From an uncultured Anaerolineae bacterium (GTDB lineage: Bacteria; Chloroflexota; Anaerolineae; VGOG01): a DNA stretch of 64,000 bases. How positions within the stretch are numbered: position 1 is the first letter of the stretch; the number at the start of each line of letters is the position of its first letter. Of this stretch, positions 10,312 through 19,665 are shown one piece after another. The translations under genes were made by a program, and so were the position numbers. The stretch lies in the NCBI GenBank assembly GCA_964510205.1, contig CAZEBW010000004.1, forward strand, positions 3,638 to 67,637, read 5' to 3'. The notes beneath the pieces were generated by a model. That model was not told where the DNA came from. It did not search any database and saw only the letters and a program-made list of their open reading frames with translations.

Positions 10312-11268
10312 TTACGACATCTCCGCCACAGTCCGATACGCTGCCAGGCGTCCTTCTAGTTCCGCTTCGCTGATCTCACCGTGCTCGTGGGCGGCCATCG
10401 CTCGACGCTTCTCCGCTCGCAGTCCCAGCCGCACCATGCGGCGCACAGTCCACTGATAGAAACGGCCATAGTGCTTCTCGAACAGCAGATAGCGGCTCTT
10501 CCACAGGGCCGCAAACATCTCGCCCCGCACCTGCCGGGTGCTCCTGGCCTCGTGGTGCACCACCTCAGCCTGGGGCACGCAGTAGACGCCCCAGCCCGCT
10601 TTCTTCATCCGCAGGCACCAATCAATCTCCTCGCAGTAGATGAAAAACCGTTCGTCCAGCAGTCCCACCTCTTGGATGGCCTCCCCCCGCCCCATCAGCG
10701 CTGCTCCGAGGGGATGGTCAATAGCGAAGGGCTGCCCGCGCTCGTACAGTCGGCGGGGATAGCGGCCGTTGAGGCGGGAGTTGAGCAGGCGGTGATGGAG
10801 GGGGAAAAAGTCGAGAAAGGCCTGGGCCAGGGTGGGGAAGGCGAAGGCCGAGTGCTGCAGGCTGCCGTCGGGATAGAGCAGCTTGGCCCCGGCCACGCCG
10901 GCGCGGGGATTCTCGTCCAAAAAGCGCACCATCGTGGCCAGCGCGTCGCCCAGCACCTCCGTATCGGGATTCAGCAGCAGAACATAGCGGGGCTGCTCGT
11001 GACGCTTGACGGAGGCAAACCCCATCCCCCGCAGCGCTTGGTTGTTGGCCGCGGCAAAGCCCACGTTCGTCTCGTTGGCCATCAGCCTGGCCTGGGGGAA
11101 GCGCTCCCGCACCATCTCGATACTCCCGTCCGTGGAGGCGTTGTCCACTACCCAAACCTCGGCCGTCAGATTCGAGCGTTGCAGGCTGCCATAAACCGAG
11201 GTCAGGCAAGCTGCCAGCAGCCCCCGCACGTTCCAATTGACGATGATGATGGCCAGGTTCGAGTTCAA
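10312..11268 (-). CDS. Glycosyltransferase family 2 (paralog of the GT2 at 57604-58623)
   Basis: IIVNWNVRGLL...VVDNASTDGS...NVGFAAANN. Confidence 0.8.
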   Translation of the reverse strand: MNSNLAIIIVNWNVRGLLAACLTSVYGSLQRSNLTAEVWVVDNASTDGSIEMVRERFPQARLMANETNVGFAAANNQALRGMGFASVKRHEQPRYVLLLNPDTEVLGDALATMVRFLDENPRAGVAGAKLLYPDGSLQHSAFAFPTLAQAFLDFFPLHHRLLNSRLNGRYPRRLYERGQPFAIDHPLGAALMGRGEAIQEVGLLDERFFIYCEEIDWCLRMKKAGWGVYCVPQAEVVHHEARSTRQVRGEMFAALWKSRYLLFEKHYGRFYQWTVRRMVRLGLRAEKRRAMAAHEHGEISEAELEGRLAAYRTVAEMS

Positions 11269-11400
11269 GCCTCCCTCCTGCAGAAGCGACGTGTGCTACT
11301 GGCCTAGATTATACTCGTGGTGGGGTAAAAGGCAAGCTCTGGTTGGGGAGAAAAGAAAGAGGCCATCCCGGTGGGTGAGGGGTGGGATGGCCCGGTCAAT

Positions 11401-11430
11401 TTGACAAGATTAGAACATGTGTGCTATAAT
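11401..11430 (+). promoter_or_regulatory. Near-consensus sigma70 promoter with extended -10 (TTGACA-18-TGcTATAAT)
   Basis: ttgacaagattagaacatgtgtgctataat read directly; ~55 nt upstream of the small ORF at 11486 with RBS agaggaggga. Confidence 0.6.
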
Positions 11431-11485
11431 CAATCTCGAAAAACCGTTCTGTTACTTACGCTTCTAATGCAGAGGAGGGAGTGAA

Positions 11486-11725
11486 ATGGGTTTGGATATT
11501 TGGTTCAAGGAAGACATTAGGAACATTCTATTGGGTGTGGAGTTGGCCAATGGGCATCTGGCCAGTCGCTACAGTGATGACGAAGTGCGGGCTTATCGTG
11601 AGGGGTTTAAGGCTGCTCTGGCAGCGACGGCGGTGAGTTTTGGGATCTATCAATTCGGACCGCGGGCGGAAGCGCATCGCATTGGGAGCCAAACTGCGCT
11701 CTCCACAATTGCAGAGCAGCCTTGA
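11486..11725 (+). CDS. Small hypothetical protein (79 aa) behind a strong promoter at the left edge of the low-GC island
   Basis: ORF with good RBS; no recognisable domain. Confidence 0.4.
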   Translation: MGLDIWFKEDIRNILLGVELANGHLASRYSDDEVRAYREGFKAALAATAVSFGIYQFGPRAEAHRIGSQTALSTIAEQP

Positions 11726-11840
11726 ACCCGGCTGATTGATTCTTAACCCCGATGCCATTCTCCACTGGGACGCCAGGCATGCTTTGTGCAAGGCGTGTCT
11801 GCTGCTGGTCTCGGTAGAGCGGTTGCGATGCCCCCACTTT

Positions 11841-13340
11841 TCATGGAAGCGGTGGCAGTAGTATCCTATTGATGGTTATGCCCCACTGGTCACTTCTTCG
11901 TTCAAGCCCTTCCATTAGTTGCTGGCATGCTGTGGCCTTGTTCGGCGGATCATGTACATCCTGTTGCCTGTATCCACATAACGCCTCATTCAGGAGCACG
12001 GCCATTTCCTGCACGATTTCTTTGTCCCAAATAGTCTTCATGTCGGCTTCGGTCAGTTTTTTCTTCTTGGTCTTCTTGTGGTTATTCTCACCAGATTCTC
12101 TAAAGAAGTGAGGTGCATGAACCGCTTTTTCCTTATTGACCTGGTAGTAAACTACTGGGGCAAGCTGCAAGACCCCATCTGCTAGTGCGACTTTCTGTTT
12201 GGGGCAACGGCATCTCAGCTCCATGGTCGGGATTACAGCTTGAATTTGGCTGTACAAGGGAAGCTGAAGAATACTTTGACCTTCTTCCAGCACCCTGATT
12301 TCGCGACTGTCTCCGATCACAGCAATCCTGTCGGGTGGGACGGTGAAGGTGAACGCCCTGTATCCAACGAGCACCAGAAGGACAAGCAAGAGTGGCAAGG
12401 CCGTACCCGCGGCAGTCAAGACAACGATGTGCAGTGAACTGCGCACGGAAAGCAGTATGCTCGCCAGCAGCATCAGTAGTACAATGACCACAAAGCCTGC
12501 CAACGCGCTGACAAAGGCGAGCACAGGGCTGGACAGTATTAGGTTGATGGCATCGCGAGCGTATGTGAGCAATGTCTCGAGTTGAATAGCAAGCGATGGT
12601 GGAGATTGCTCCGCCGCTCCGTCCTTCTCCTGCTCTGACGGCCTCATGCCTTGCGGACTGGCGTCTCCAGGTGGAAGGGATTCTTCGTCAATGTCCTCTG
12701 AGTTCATGGCTAGTCGTTCCGTCGTTTGCTCAGGCATACTCTCTTCACCCTCCTCTTGTTTTTGCTTCGCCTCTTGGCCTGACGGCTCCGTTTGTACGGG
12801 ACCAGCTCTTCCACGTCGAAGCGGTCCTCCGCCGGTATCTCCTGAATCCATGGCTACTTGTTGGTCTCGCAGGATCTTCCGGTATCGTGACTCGACTGTG
12901 CGCCTTAGGCGGCGGTCCATGTCCTGCAGCAGTTCCAGGCTGCGTGAACAGGCTTGACTTGCCTTGAGCCATTTGCCTTGGGCCTCGCACACCGTGGCCA
13001 ATCCAAAGAGGGCTACTGCTTGACTATGTTTGTCACTCAGAAAGAAGCGAGTGCTCTCTTGATACTTGTTGGCTGCCTCATCCAAGTGTTCCTGAGCGTG
13101 AAAGATAGCTGCGAGGTGAATAAGGGCTACCCCTTGAGCATATGAGTCATCCAACATGTCCAATTCGAGAGATCCTCTTGCTGATCTAATGCTTTGCTCA
13201 GCTATCGATTGGGCTGCTTTGTACCGGCCAGCTCGTCGCAGTTTGTCGGCCTCCTTGTTGAGCACGGTACCGCGATTAGTTCGTTCTCTTAGTTGGCGTA
13301 TGATCTGGTTGGCTTGTCGGTGGTAAGGATCGGATGTCAT
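11841..13340 (-). CDS. TPR-like / acidic linker / transmembrane / SPFH-like domain protein
   Basis: Likely start MTSDPYHRQ (rc ATG at 13338-13340). TPR-like helices, an E/D/Q-rich linker, two hydrophobic helices, then IAVIGDSREIRVLEEGQSILQLPLYSQIQAVIPTMELR...VVYYQVN resembling the start of an SPFH/band-7 domain. Confidence 0.5.
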   Translation of the reverse strand: MTSDPYHRQANQIIRQLRERTNRGTVLNKEADKLRRAGRYKAAQSIAEQSIRSARGSLELDMLDDSYAQGVALIHLAAIFHAQEHLDEAANKYQESTRFFLSDKHSQAVALFGLATVCEAQGKWLKASQACSRSLELLQDMDRRLRRTVESRYRKILRDQQVAMDSGDTGGGPLRRGRAGPVQTEPSGQEAKQKQEEGEESMPEQTTERLAMNSEDIDEESLPPGDASPQGMRPSEQEKDGAAEQSPPSLAIQLETLLTYARDAINLILSSPVLAFVSALAGFVVIVLLMLLASILLSVRSSLHIVVLTAAGTALPLLLVLLVLVGYRAFTFTVPPDRIAVIGDSREIRVLEEGQSILQLPLYSQIQAVIPTMELRCRCPKQKVALADGVLQLAPVVYYQVNKEKAVHAPHFFRESGENNHKKTKKKKLTEADMKTIWDKEIVQEMAVLLNEALCGYRQQDVHDPPNKATACQQLMEGLERRSDQWGITINRILLPPLP

Positions 13341-13419
13341 TGAAGTCCCCCCATAGAAGGAAAGCCCACCGGGATGCAGGAGAGTTGGGCCGGATAAACT
13401 AAGGTGTTCTGCGATATCG

Positions 13420-14727
13420 CTATGGGCTGCCAGGCGGCAATGCAATCGCTGATCTTATGGATTGCAGAGTGGCCATCACGTCGGAAGGCAGAAGGATCTT
13501 GGTCGCTGGATCGGAGGCCATTTTCTCCAGAGCTTCAATGAAACGCAAGGCTATGAATTGTGGAATCGGGATGTTCTTAGTCTCCATCTGACGGAAGCCT
13601 TCGGTGATGGCTATGATCATTCTAGTTTGAGCTTGTGCTCTGGCAACCTCAATCAGGTTATATACTTCAGCCTGTGCCTCGCCTTCAGTGATGAGGACTT
13701 GCTTGCGACTCTCCGCCATGCGCGCTTCCCAGTCTACTTGCCATTTCTTTTGCATTCCTTCCCTAATTTCCGGAGGCACCTCAATATTCAGCATCTGAAA
13801 GCTTATGATAGTGCCTCCCCAGCCTTCGGCTATCTTTCGCAGGGAATCTCGGACACGCTGCTTGATGTCGCTTTGAGGGAACGTGTTGGGATCCAGTGGG
13901 TCAAAGATATCATCCAAGTAACGTTTGCCAATCTCGTCGCGAAGCAGATTCTTGGCTACTTCGATAGTGGCGATTTCCCAGTCATAGCTATCGTAGGTAG
14001 CTTTGAGGACCGCCTCTCTAGAGAATGGATAGGGCTTCTCTGGGTTCCACACCTTGGCTGGATCCTGCGCGATGCGGAATAGAACGCTATAGTGGATGGT
14101 CACCGGTATGCCATCTTTGGTTGAGGCATTATCTAGCGTTCCTCTCCTGAACCGTTTCCGTGTGACGATGACCTTCCTGATACTTTCAAAAGGCTTGGTG
14201 CGCACTGCACCGGGCCCCTCAATGCGAGTGAATTTCCCCATCCGCTCGAAGACAACGGCTTGCTCGTTGCGTATTACGATCAAATTGGCTACCTTGAAGC
14301 CGGCGAGTGCGCCTTTGGACTTCACCTCGTCCACTTGGCCATCTTCAACGATGATGTAGCTTCCCAGGAATAGCTCTCCGGTGACAAAAGAGAGTAAATA
14401 CCGAAAGCAGTCCCACTGATTGCCGCCCCGGCTGACCAGTATGAGTTGCGAGGCCAGAAACAGGAGACTGCCTGTTAAGAATAGATAGACAGCCAGCCCC
14501 AATACTGCCCCCGTCAGGCCTCTCGTGACGAAGGAGAAGGTCAGAAACACCCCACTTGCAGTGAAGAATATCGCCAGCGCCACGCCCTTGCTCTGGCCCA
14601 TCCTGACAAGACACCCAAGGGAGACCACAGCGAGCCATACTAGGCCCCATTTGGGCTCGTGAACTACAGAGACTAAAATCAGTAGTGGAAGCAGGGCTAC
14701 GGACAACACAAGCAAGATCTTCTTCAT
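13420..14727 (-). CDS. SPFH/band-7 (stomatin/HflKC-like) domain membrane protein
   Basis: N-terminal 4-5 TM helices, then NEQAVVFERMGKFTRIEGPGAVRTKPFESIRKVIVTR...TKDGIPVTIHYSVLFRI (SPFH core) and a coiled-coil tail; start MKKILLVL. Confidence 0.7.
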   Translation of the reverse strand: MKKILLVLSVALLPLLILVSVVHEPKWGLVWLAVVSLGCLVRMGQSKGVALAIFFTASGVFLTFSFVTRGLTGAVLGLAVYLFLTGSLLFLASQLILVSRGGNQWDCFRYLLSFVTGELFLGSYIIVEDGQVDEVKSKGALAGFKVANLIVIRNEQAVVFERMGKFTRIEGPGAVRTKPFESIRKVIVTRKRFRRGTLDNASTKDGIPVTIHYSVLFRIAQDPAKVWNPEKPYPFSREAVLKATYDSYDWEIATIEVAKNLLRDEIGKRYLDDIFDPLDPNTFPQSDIKQRVRDSLRKIAEGWGGTIISFQMLNIEVPPEIREGMQKKWQVDWEARMAESRKQVLITEGEAQAEVYNLIEVARAQAQTRMIIAITEGFRQMETKNIPIPQFIALRFIEALEKMASDPATKILLPSDVMATLQSIRSAIALPPGSP

Positions 14728-14903
14728 AGCACAAGCTCTCCTTGTTTCTGTCAGCACTCTTAAGGTACGTGAGACTGCCGTCCAGTGCGTTCAACACGAG
14801 CTTATCTGACGGCGCCACAGGTATCACCCAGTTTCCATAGATCGAGGCAAAACCAAAAGGCCGCGGCTCGATATCGAAAACGTTTTGCAATGAGGGTGCT
14901 CAC

Positions 14904-16418
14904 TCAGCTCTGGGCGATCAAAATGGGGGAAGCCCAAGTCAAGTCATCCTTATTACGCATTGCCAGCTCTCGCCGGGCATCCAGCAGTGCCAGTTCAGGG
15001 CTGCCGTGCTGGAGCATAGAACGATAGAACGCCAGTGCCATTTCCTTGGCGCTCACTGCCGGCACTGACCACCTGTAGCCCAAAACAGACGGCACCCCTG
15101 ATTGGATAATTCCATCAGCGATACCCAGGTAGTCATCGTCCAGCAAATCAACCGGGCTGCCGGTACGAGTGCCCTCGCAGCACGTCAGGTGAAACAAACG
15201 GGTGTCAGAATCTTCCAACAGCCATCTCAGCTCATTTCCGGTCATTGGCTTTATATTCCCTGACCGGTTGCTGTCTTCCCAGAAGAACAATCTGCTCTGT
15301 TCCGGAGACCCCTCGTGAAAGACTCCGTGACCAACATAATGCACGATGTGATGCTTACACCCACGGAGCATTTCTTGCACTGCACTGTATGTAGCTGCTT
15401 CGGTTCTGACATGAGTCAAATCCAACCAGTTCAGTGGCGACAGCAAATCCACCAACTCTTCTCCGATTTTGTCAATCAGATCAATGCGTGGCTCAGTGTT
15501 GGACACGAGCAGTAGAACACGCAGGTTCTCGCCTGAACTGGCGAGACGTCGTATGAGTTCAGCAGAGATGGGTTCACGCCTCGTCACTACGCCTCGAATT
15601 TGGCGGACCATTGGATGGAGCAGTGTAAGGTAATCACCAGCCTCATCGGAAAAGATGAACTCCAGTGGCAATCCTGCCAGATCTCGGGTGGATTCAAACA
15701 CGAGGTGCAAGTATTGGTTCATTTGCGTCCTACCGAGTGCTCGGTGATACCCGTTGAGTACCGCAGAGTGCTGTTCGAACAGCAGGCGGTATAGCTCCCG
15801 TCCCACGTCTTTGATCAGAAAGCGGCGGTCTGCTGTGCTCATCATGCGTTCGCTTCCCCAGCGTGCAAAACGTGGAGCGTCGAGGCTTAGTGGATTGACA
15901 GAGGTGTATGTGAAGCGGATGTTGCCACGGCCCCGCACAAGAAGTCGCTGCCCTGGCTCTAGCGAGATTGTAATTTCGCACTCTTGGCTCGGCTCAAAGA
16001 CCGGCAATTGCCATTTCAATGACCTACTGATCACGCTATCCATCACTTTAACCACATCTTCTATCATGGTCTTTGGGAGGTACTCGGCTACAAGTCGCCG
16101 TCCAGTTGCATCAGGTTCCAGGGCGCGCCTCATCGTGTCAGGGGTACCATAGCCGGTGATAATGACAATCGGGAGCCCAGGGAATCGTCGTTTAAGCTCA
16201 GCAGCTAGATCAAGGCCTTCTAGGTTGCCTTCATCTGTCTCGTCCAAGCGCATGTCAAGTAGGGCTGCGTCGAAATGCTCTCGGTCAGACAAATCCAGGG
16301 CTCGCGCAACACTGGCAGCCGTTTTGGTTGCGTAGCCCTCGTCAATCAAGAGTTGTGAAAGGGTCACTCGCCAGTCAAACAAATCATCTACGATAAGCAC
16401 CTGGATTTGTTTAGTCAT
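14904..16418 (-). CDS. Response-regulator receiver fused to CHAT (caspase-like) protease domain
   Basis: REC: ILIVDDL...FDAALLDMRL...ITGYG...YLPKT. CHAT: IVHYVGHGVFH (catalytic His) and LFHLTCCEGT (catalytic Cys), C-terminus ALLDARRELAMRN...WASPILIAQS. Confidence 0.75.
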   Translation of the reverse strand: MTKQIQVLIVDDLFDWRVTLSQLLIDEGYATKTAASVARALDLSDREHFDAALLDMRLDETDEGNLEGLDLAAELKRRFPGLPIVIITGYGTPDTMRRALEPDATGRRLVAEYLPKTMIEDVVKVMDSVISRSLKWQLPVFEPSQECEITISLEPGQRLLVRGRGNIRFTYTSVNPLSLDAPRFARWGSERMMSTADRRFLIKDVGRELYRLLFEQHSAVLNGYHRALGRTQMNQYLHLVFESTRDLAGLPLEFIFSDEAGDYLTLLHPMVRQIRGVVTRREPISAELIRRLASSGENLRVLLLVSNTEPRIDLIDKIGEELVDLLSPLNWLDLTHVRTEAATYSAVQEMLRGCKHHIVHYVGHGVFHEGSPEQSRLFFWEDSNRSGNIKPMTGNELRWLLEDSDTRLFHLTCCEGTRTGSPVDLLDDDYLGIADGIIQSGVPSVLGYRWSVPAVSAKEMALAFYRSMLQHGSPELALLDARRELAMRNKDDLTWASPILIAQS

Positions 16419-17205
16419 GGCTGCTATCCGTGGGAGTTTCTATGGCTTTGATCACAGGGAGTGTGATCGCTATCGTCGTGCCGTGGCCAATCTCAGTATG
16501 TTTTACACTAATCTCTCCACCAAACCTGGCAAGTATCAAATGCGCTAACCAGAGACCCAGGCCCTTGTTGGTCCCGGTTGACGGAATCGGACCCTGAAAA
16601 AGATCGGCAAGAATGAGTTGCGGTATCCCTGTTCCGTTATCTGCAATCTCTACTCGCACTGTGTTGTCCGCGTCCACGTACTGGGTATGGATGTCAATAT
16701 GTCCGGGTTTTTTGCTTGTTGCTTGGATCGAGTTTTCGAGCACCGCCCGGAAAACCTCCGCGAGCAAGTGGCTATCAGCACGCACGGGAGGGACATCCTC
16801 TGGAAAATCAAAACTCACCCGTACTGTCTTGGAAGTGTGGCTAGCAGAAAGTTCTTCCCAGACCTCATACAGCAGTGAGTTTACGTCTAAGGGCATAGGC
16901 GGCTCACTCGGCTCTCTGAGTACTTCGACGGCGGCACTTAATTCGCTCAAACTGCTAATGGTCTTTTCTATGGCTGTGACCAGGTCGAGGGCGGCTCTAT
17001 CGTTGCTATTGATGTATTCCTTAAGACGACCGACTCGAACTCCCAGCAACCCAGTCAAGTTGGAGAGCTGGTGCAGTAATGCAGCAGAAGCCATCCCCAG
17101 TGCAATGAGGCTGGCCTCCTCCCCGTGGCTACGGTTAGGATGTGCACTTTCTTGCGGTAGGGGTGGATTTGGTCTCTGACTTTCCCGGTCATTTGGTGGA
17201 CTCAT
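16411..17205 (-). CDS. Cytoplasmic sensor histidine kinase (DHp + HATPase_c, no TM or sensor domain)
   Basis: H-box AALLHQLSNLTGLL; N, G1 (ADNGTGIP) and G2 (GLGLWLAHLI) boxes. Confidence 0.75.
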   Translation of the reverse strand: MSPPNDRESQRPNPPLPQESAHPNRSHGEEASLIALGMASAALLHQLSNLTGLLGVRVGRLKEYINSNDRAALDLVTAIEKTISSLSELSAAVEVLREPSEPPMPLDVNSLLYEVWEELSASHTSKTVRVSFDFPEDVPPVRADSHLLAEVFRAVLENSIQATSKKPGHIDIHTQYVDADNTVRVEIADNGTGIPQLILADLFQGPIPSTGTNKGLGLWLAHLILARFGGEISVKHTEIGHGTTIAITLPVIKAIETPTDSSHD

Positions 17206-17241
17206 TTGTCGGATTCTCCCAAGCGCGGCGCGTCCTTCAGT

Positions 17242-18768
17242 TCACTCCTGATGAATCAAGATAGGCGACAACCAGGTTGGATCGTTTCTGTCCATAGCGG
17301 CCAGCTCGCGCCTTGCGCTCCAGAGGGCGAACTCCGGCCCCCCTTGCTCCAATAAGGACTGGTAGAAAGCCAACGCCAGCCGACGGGCTCCATCATCTGA
17401 CACAGGCCAGCGGAAGCCCAGCACCGAGGGTGCGCCGGCCTGCGCGACAGCGTCGGCCAGCCCAAGGAAATCGTCATCCAGCAAAGCAGCCTGAGCGCCG
17501 CTGGCTGTGCCATAGCAACTGCTCATGTACACCAGACGTGCTTCCGAGCGCCTGAGTAGCATCTTTAGTTCGGTTGCTTTCATCGGCATGACGCCACCTT
17601 GCTTATTCTCCTGGGCCCAGAAGTATAGGCTGCTATCTTCAGGGGACTCGGTCCTGTACGAGCCATGTCCTGCGTAATGTACAATGTCGTAACTGGGCTT
17701 CCCCAACTCTGATCTTACGCGCTCATACGTGGCGCGCTCCGTGGGGATGAGTTTAACACTGACAGGGATGCAGTCCTGGCTCTTTAAGTACTCGTACAGT
17801 GCCTGCGCCTCGGCATCTACGCCGTCTATTGGAGGCTGTGTGTTAGAGGCGATAATCAGAATTCGCAATTCCTGAGTCAGTGCCAGCAGCGAAGGGGAAA
17901 TCAGGCTGCGTTTCGGGGTAGCATTGTATAGAAAACGGGCGAGGGGGTGTTGAAGTACCAGGTACTCTGGAGGATCATCCGAGCGCATAAATTCCAATGG
18001 TAGTCTGAGAAATTCCCTGGGCGTCTCAAAAAGCATTGAAAACGACTGGCTCTTGGCGCGCGCTTCCACATAGGCTTTTTCGGCTTCAGGGTGCTCAGTA
18101 AATATGTCACGCCACAGACTGTGGCCGATCTCCCCAACCTGGAAACGCAAATTGCTCACGTCTCTTCTGGCGAGTTCTGTCCGCCTTGCATAGCGTTCGA
18201 GTGCCACACGCAACACTTTCCACGAGCGCAAGGAACAGACGTGGCGACCGCGCGCCCTGATCACCAGAGGCTGTCCGGCTGTGAGTGATAGAGATAGCTG
18301 GGTAGCATCACCTGTCTTCTCAAACCTCGGCTTGGTTGCCTCCTGGCGTGCTTTCGCGATAGTCTCCAGAACTTGTTCAGCCACATCCGGGGTTTTTTCG
18401 ATGAAGTCAACTACTCCGAGATATCGAATCGCGCGTACAATTTGCTTGGTTCTCGGGTAGCGTGTGAGCAGGATGACGCGAACCCGCGGATTGAGGGCGC
18501 GGAATGCCATCGCCAGGCTCAATCCGCTTTCGTCCTCTTCATCATCTCCGTGCAGGCGCACGTCAATGAGAGCAAAGTCGAACGGTTCTTGCGTGACAGC
18601 AACCAGGGCTTGTTCCTCGTTGGCCGCTGACCGGACGGTGTATCCTTCATCGGAAAGTCGCCCTGCTAACGTGGTACAGAAATCGGCATGGTCATCTACT
18701 ATCAGAATCTTGCACATTGCTACCCTCTTCATCAACTGTCTGATGGGACGCTCCGGGTCATCCAGCAT
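17242..18768 (-). CDS. Response-regulator receiver fused to CHAT protease domain (second copy)
   Basis: REC: KILIVDDHADF...FDFALIDVRL...LTRYP...IEKT. CHAT His IVHYAGHGSY and Cys LVYMSSCYGT; start may be the internal M (MCKILIV). Confidence 0.75.
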   Translation of the reverse strand: MLDDPERPIRQLMKRVAMCKILIVDDHADFCTTLAGRLSDEGYTVRSAANEEQALVAVTQEPFDFALIDVRLHGDDEEDESGLSLAMAFRALNPRVRVILLTRYPRTKQIVRAIRYLGVVDFIEKTPDVAEQVLETIAKARQEATKPRFEKTGDATQLSLSLTAGQPLVIRARGRHVCSLRSWKVLRVALERYARRTELARRDVSNLRFQVGEIGHSLWRDIFTEHPEAEKAYVEARAKSQSFSMLFETPREFLRLPLEFMRSDDPPEYLVLQHPLARFLYNATPKRSLISPSLLALTQELRILIIASNTQPPIDGVDAEAQALYEYLKSQDCIPVSVKLIPTERATYERVRSELGKPSYDIVHYAGHGSYRTESPEDSSLYFWAQENKQGGVMPMKATELKMLLRRSEARLVYMSSCYGTASGAQAALLDDDFLGLADAVAQAGAPSVLGFRWPVSDDGARRLALAFYQSLLEQGGPEFALWSARRELAAMDRNDPTWLSPILIHQE

Positions 18769-19639
18769 TCCCCCAATTTGCCTGTATGTAACTCGTTGTC
18801 GCCTTTACGTCCAGGCTGCGAGTCGAATTGCCAATACGCACCCAGAACTTGTGAACATCGCCCGTCGCCAGGAACACCGGCTTTGGGCTTTTTTCAATCG
18901 CAACGATGCAGACGTGTTTACCATCTATGGGTTCGAAGCGTGTGCGAATGTATGGCATATATTCTAGACCCACATAGGTCTTGACAATATCCGTCAATGC
19001 CAATTGAAACCCATCGGTATTTGGCTTGCGCAGAGTTTGTAAGTCTTTTTCAATACCTAGCACCGTGCCATCGTCAGCGACGCCAATGAGTAGGGTCCCA
19101 CCCTTGCTGTTCAACATTCCTGTGATTGCCACGGCGATCGTTTCCTGCAGGCTCTTGTTAGTTGTGTTTTTCTTGAAATCCCAGCGGATACTGGACTTGA
19201 ATTCCACGTGGTCATTTTCACCTTGGGCAATCAAATTGAGTACCGAGCGTTCAAATGCGCGGTTCACGTACTCCGGCAGTTGGTCTACTTCAGATTTTTC
19301 CAGGAAGCCAAACGCTGGTGATACTCCCTCGCGATCAGGTTGAAGGACCTCCCTCACCATCCTGACGTTTGCATAGCCGGTCAAGATAATGATGGCCACA
19401 TGGGGGTCCTTCTCTCTGATCTCGCGCATAAGCAAGATGCCATCTTGGTTGTCCTCGTCGGCCTCGTCCAAGCGCACGTCCAGAACTGCGACGTGAAAAC
19501 GCTCGGCGTCCAACATTTGCAGAGCCTCAACTCTGCTGGATGCCGAGCGTACTTCATAGCCTTCGTCTGACAAAAGGCCCGACAATGTTGCGCACACGTC
19601 GGGCAGGTCATCTACTACGAGAACGCGACCTTTGTACAT
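18758..19639 (-). CDS. Response-regulator receiver fused to an AlbA_2 (Schlafen-like) domain
   Basis: Likely start MYKGRVLVVDD. REC with VAVLDVRL; C-terminal ENDHVEFKSSIRWDFKKN...TLLIGVADDGTVLGIEKD matches the AlbA_2/Schlafen N-domain signature. Confidence 0.65.
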   Translation of the reverse strand: MYKGRVLVVDDLPDVCATLSGLLSDEGYEVRSASSRVEALQMLDAERFHVAVLDVRLDEADEDNQDGILLMREIREKDPHVAIIILTGYANVRMVREVLQPDREGVSPAFGFLEKSEVDQLPEYVNRAFERSVLNLIAQGENDHVEFKSSIRWDFKKNTTNKSLQETIAVAITGMLNSKGGTLLIGVADDGTVLGIEKDLQTLRKPNTDGFQLALTDIVKTYVGLEYMPYIRTRFEPIDGKHVCIVAIEKSPKPVFLATGDVHKFWVRIGNSTRSLDVKATTSYIQANWGNAG

Positions 19640-19665
19640 GGCACTCCTGCCGATTGCATCTTGTC

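Noticed and set aside
14758-14903. Possible terminator (gccgcggc + T-rich run, minus strand) between REC-CHAT 1 and the SPFH gene
   Set aside because: The stem is only a 4-bp self-complementary GC block with no loop, which is too weak to call a terminator. Co-transcription of the SPFH genes with the operon remains open.
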